Of a stretch of DNA of 64,000 nt, positions 64,000-64,000 are shown one piece after another; position 1 is the stretch's first letter, and each line of letters starts with the position of its first letter. Under the pieces are notes generated by a model that did not search any database, had not been told where the DNA came from, and worked only from the letters and a program-made list of their open reading frames with translations. The position numbers and the translations under genes are program-made. Source of the DNA: Anaerolineales bacterium (GTDB lineage Bacteria > Chloroflexota > Anaerolineae > Anaerolineales > UBA6663); contig JBGAJV010000017.1 in NCBI GenBank assembly GCA_044224715.1, positions 14,415-78,414 of the forward strand, written 5' to 3'.

Positions 64000-64000
64000 G

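Overview
High-GC bacterial chromosomal segment (about two-thirds G+C by eye, not computed). The family mix is SCO1664/DUF3090/histidine-phosphatase trio, GT39 plus glycoside hydrolase pair, PAS/GAF kinases, BLUF and DinB-fold proteins. This suggests Chloroflexota or, less likely, Actinomycetota; I could not run a similarity search, so all protein calls rest on motifs read by eye from the supplied translations. I support about 60 protein genes, one tRNA-Val(CAC), several hairpin terminators, a few sigma70-like promoters and three short tandem repeats. I saw no rRNA, CRISPR array, transposase, integrase or phage genes. Housekeeping anchors are uvrA, lexA, rarA and surE. The rest is accessory: three two-component modules, a dedicated ECF transporter, MFS/APC/LysE/VIT/TauE transporters, a MocR-type regulator next to a tyrosine phenol-lyase/tryptophanase gene, sugar isomerase/oxidoreductase pairs, a BLUF photoreceptor and small stress proteins. 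Many long ORFs in the track are Arg/Pro/Ala-rich shadow frames of real genes and were discarded. Most notable findings: (1) A ~94-nt non-coding element I do not recognise occurs twice with identical length and conserved ends (21534-21627 and 57895-57988). It is built around the palindrome GACCTGNCAGGTC and GGTTAGA direct repeats 87 nt apart. A third partial copy lies at 19943-19967, so copies flank the MocR-type regulator gene, which suggests a small undescribed regulon or cis-regulatory RNA. (2) A Cheo-like LexA box (GAAC-N4-GTTC, one half degenerate) abuts the -10 of the lexA and DinB-fold gene promoters and lies in the uvrA leader. (3) A 1121-aa histidine kinase has an N-terminal ~700 residues that look like an MFS transporter plus extra helices. 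(4) The function-unknown SCO1664/DUF3090/phosphatase trio is split by a 4.9-kb signalling/stress insertion. (5) Hairpin-forming tandem repeats start at stop codons and re-create in-frame stops.
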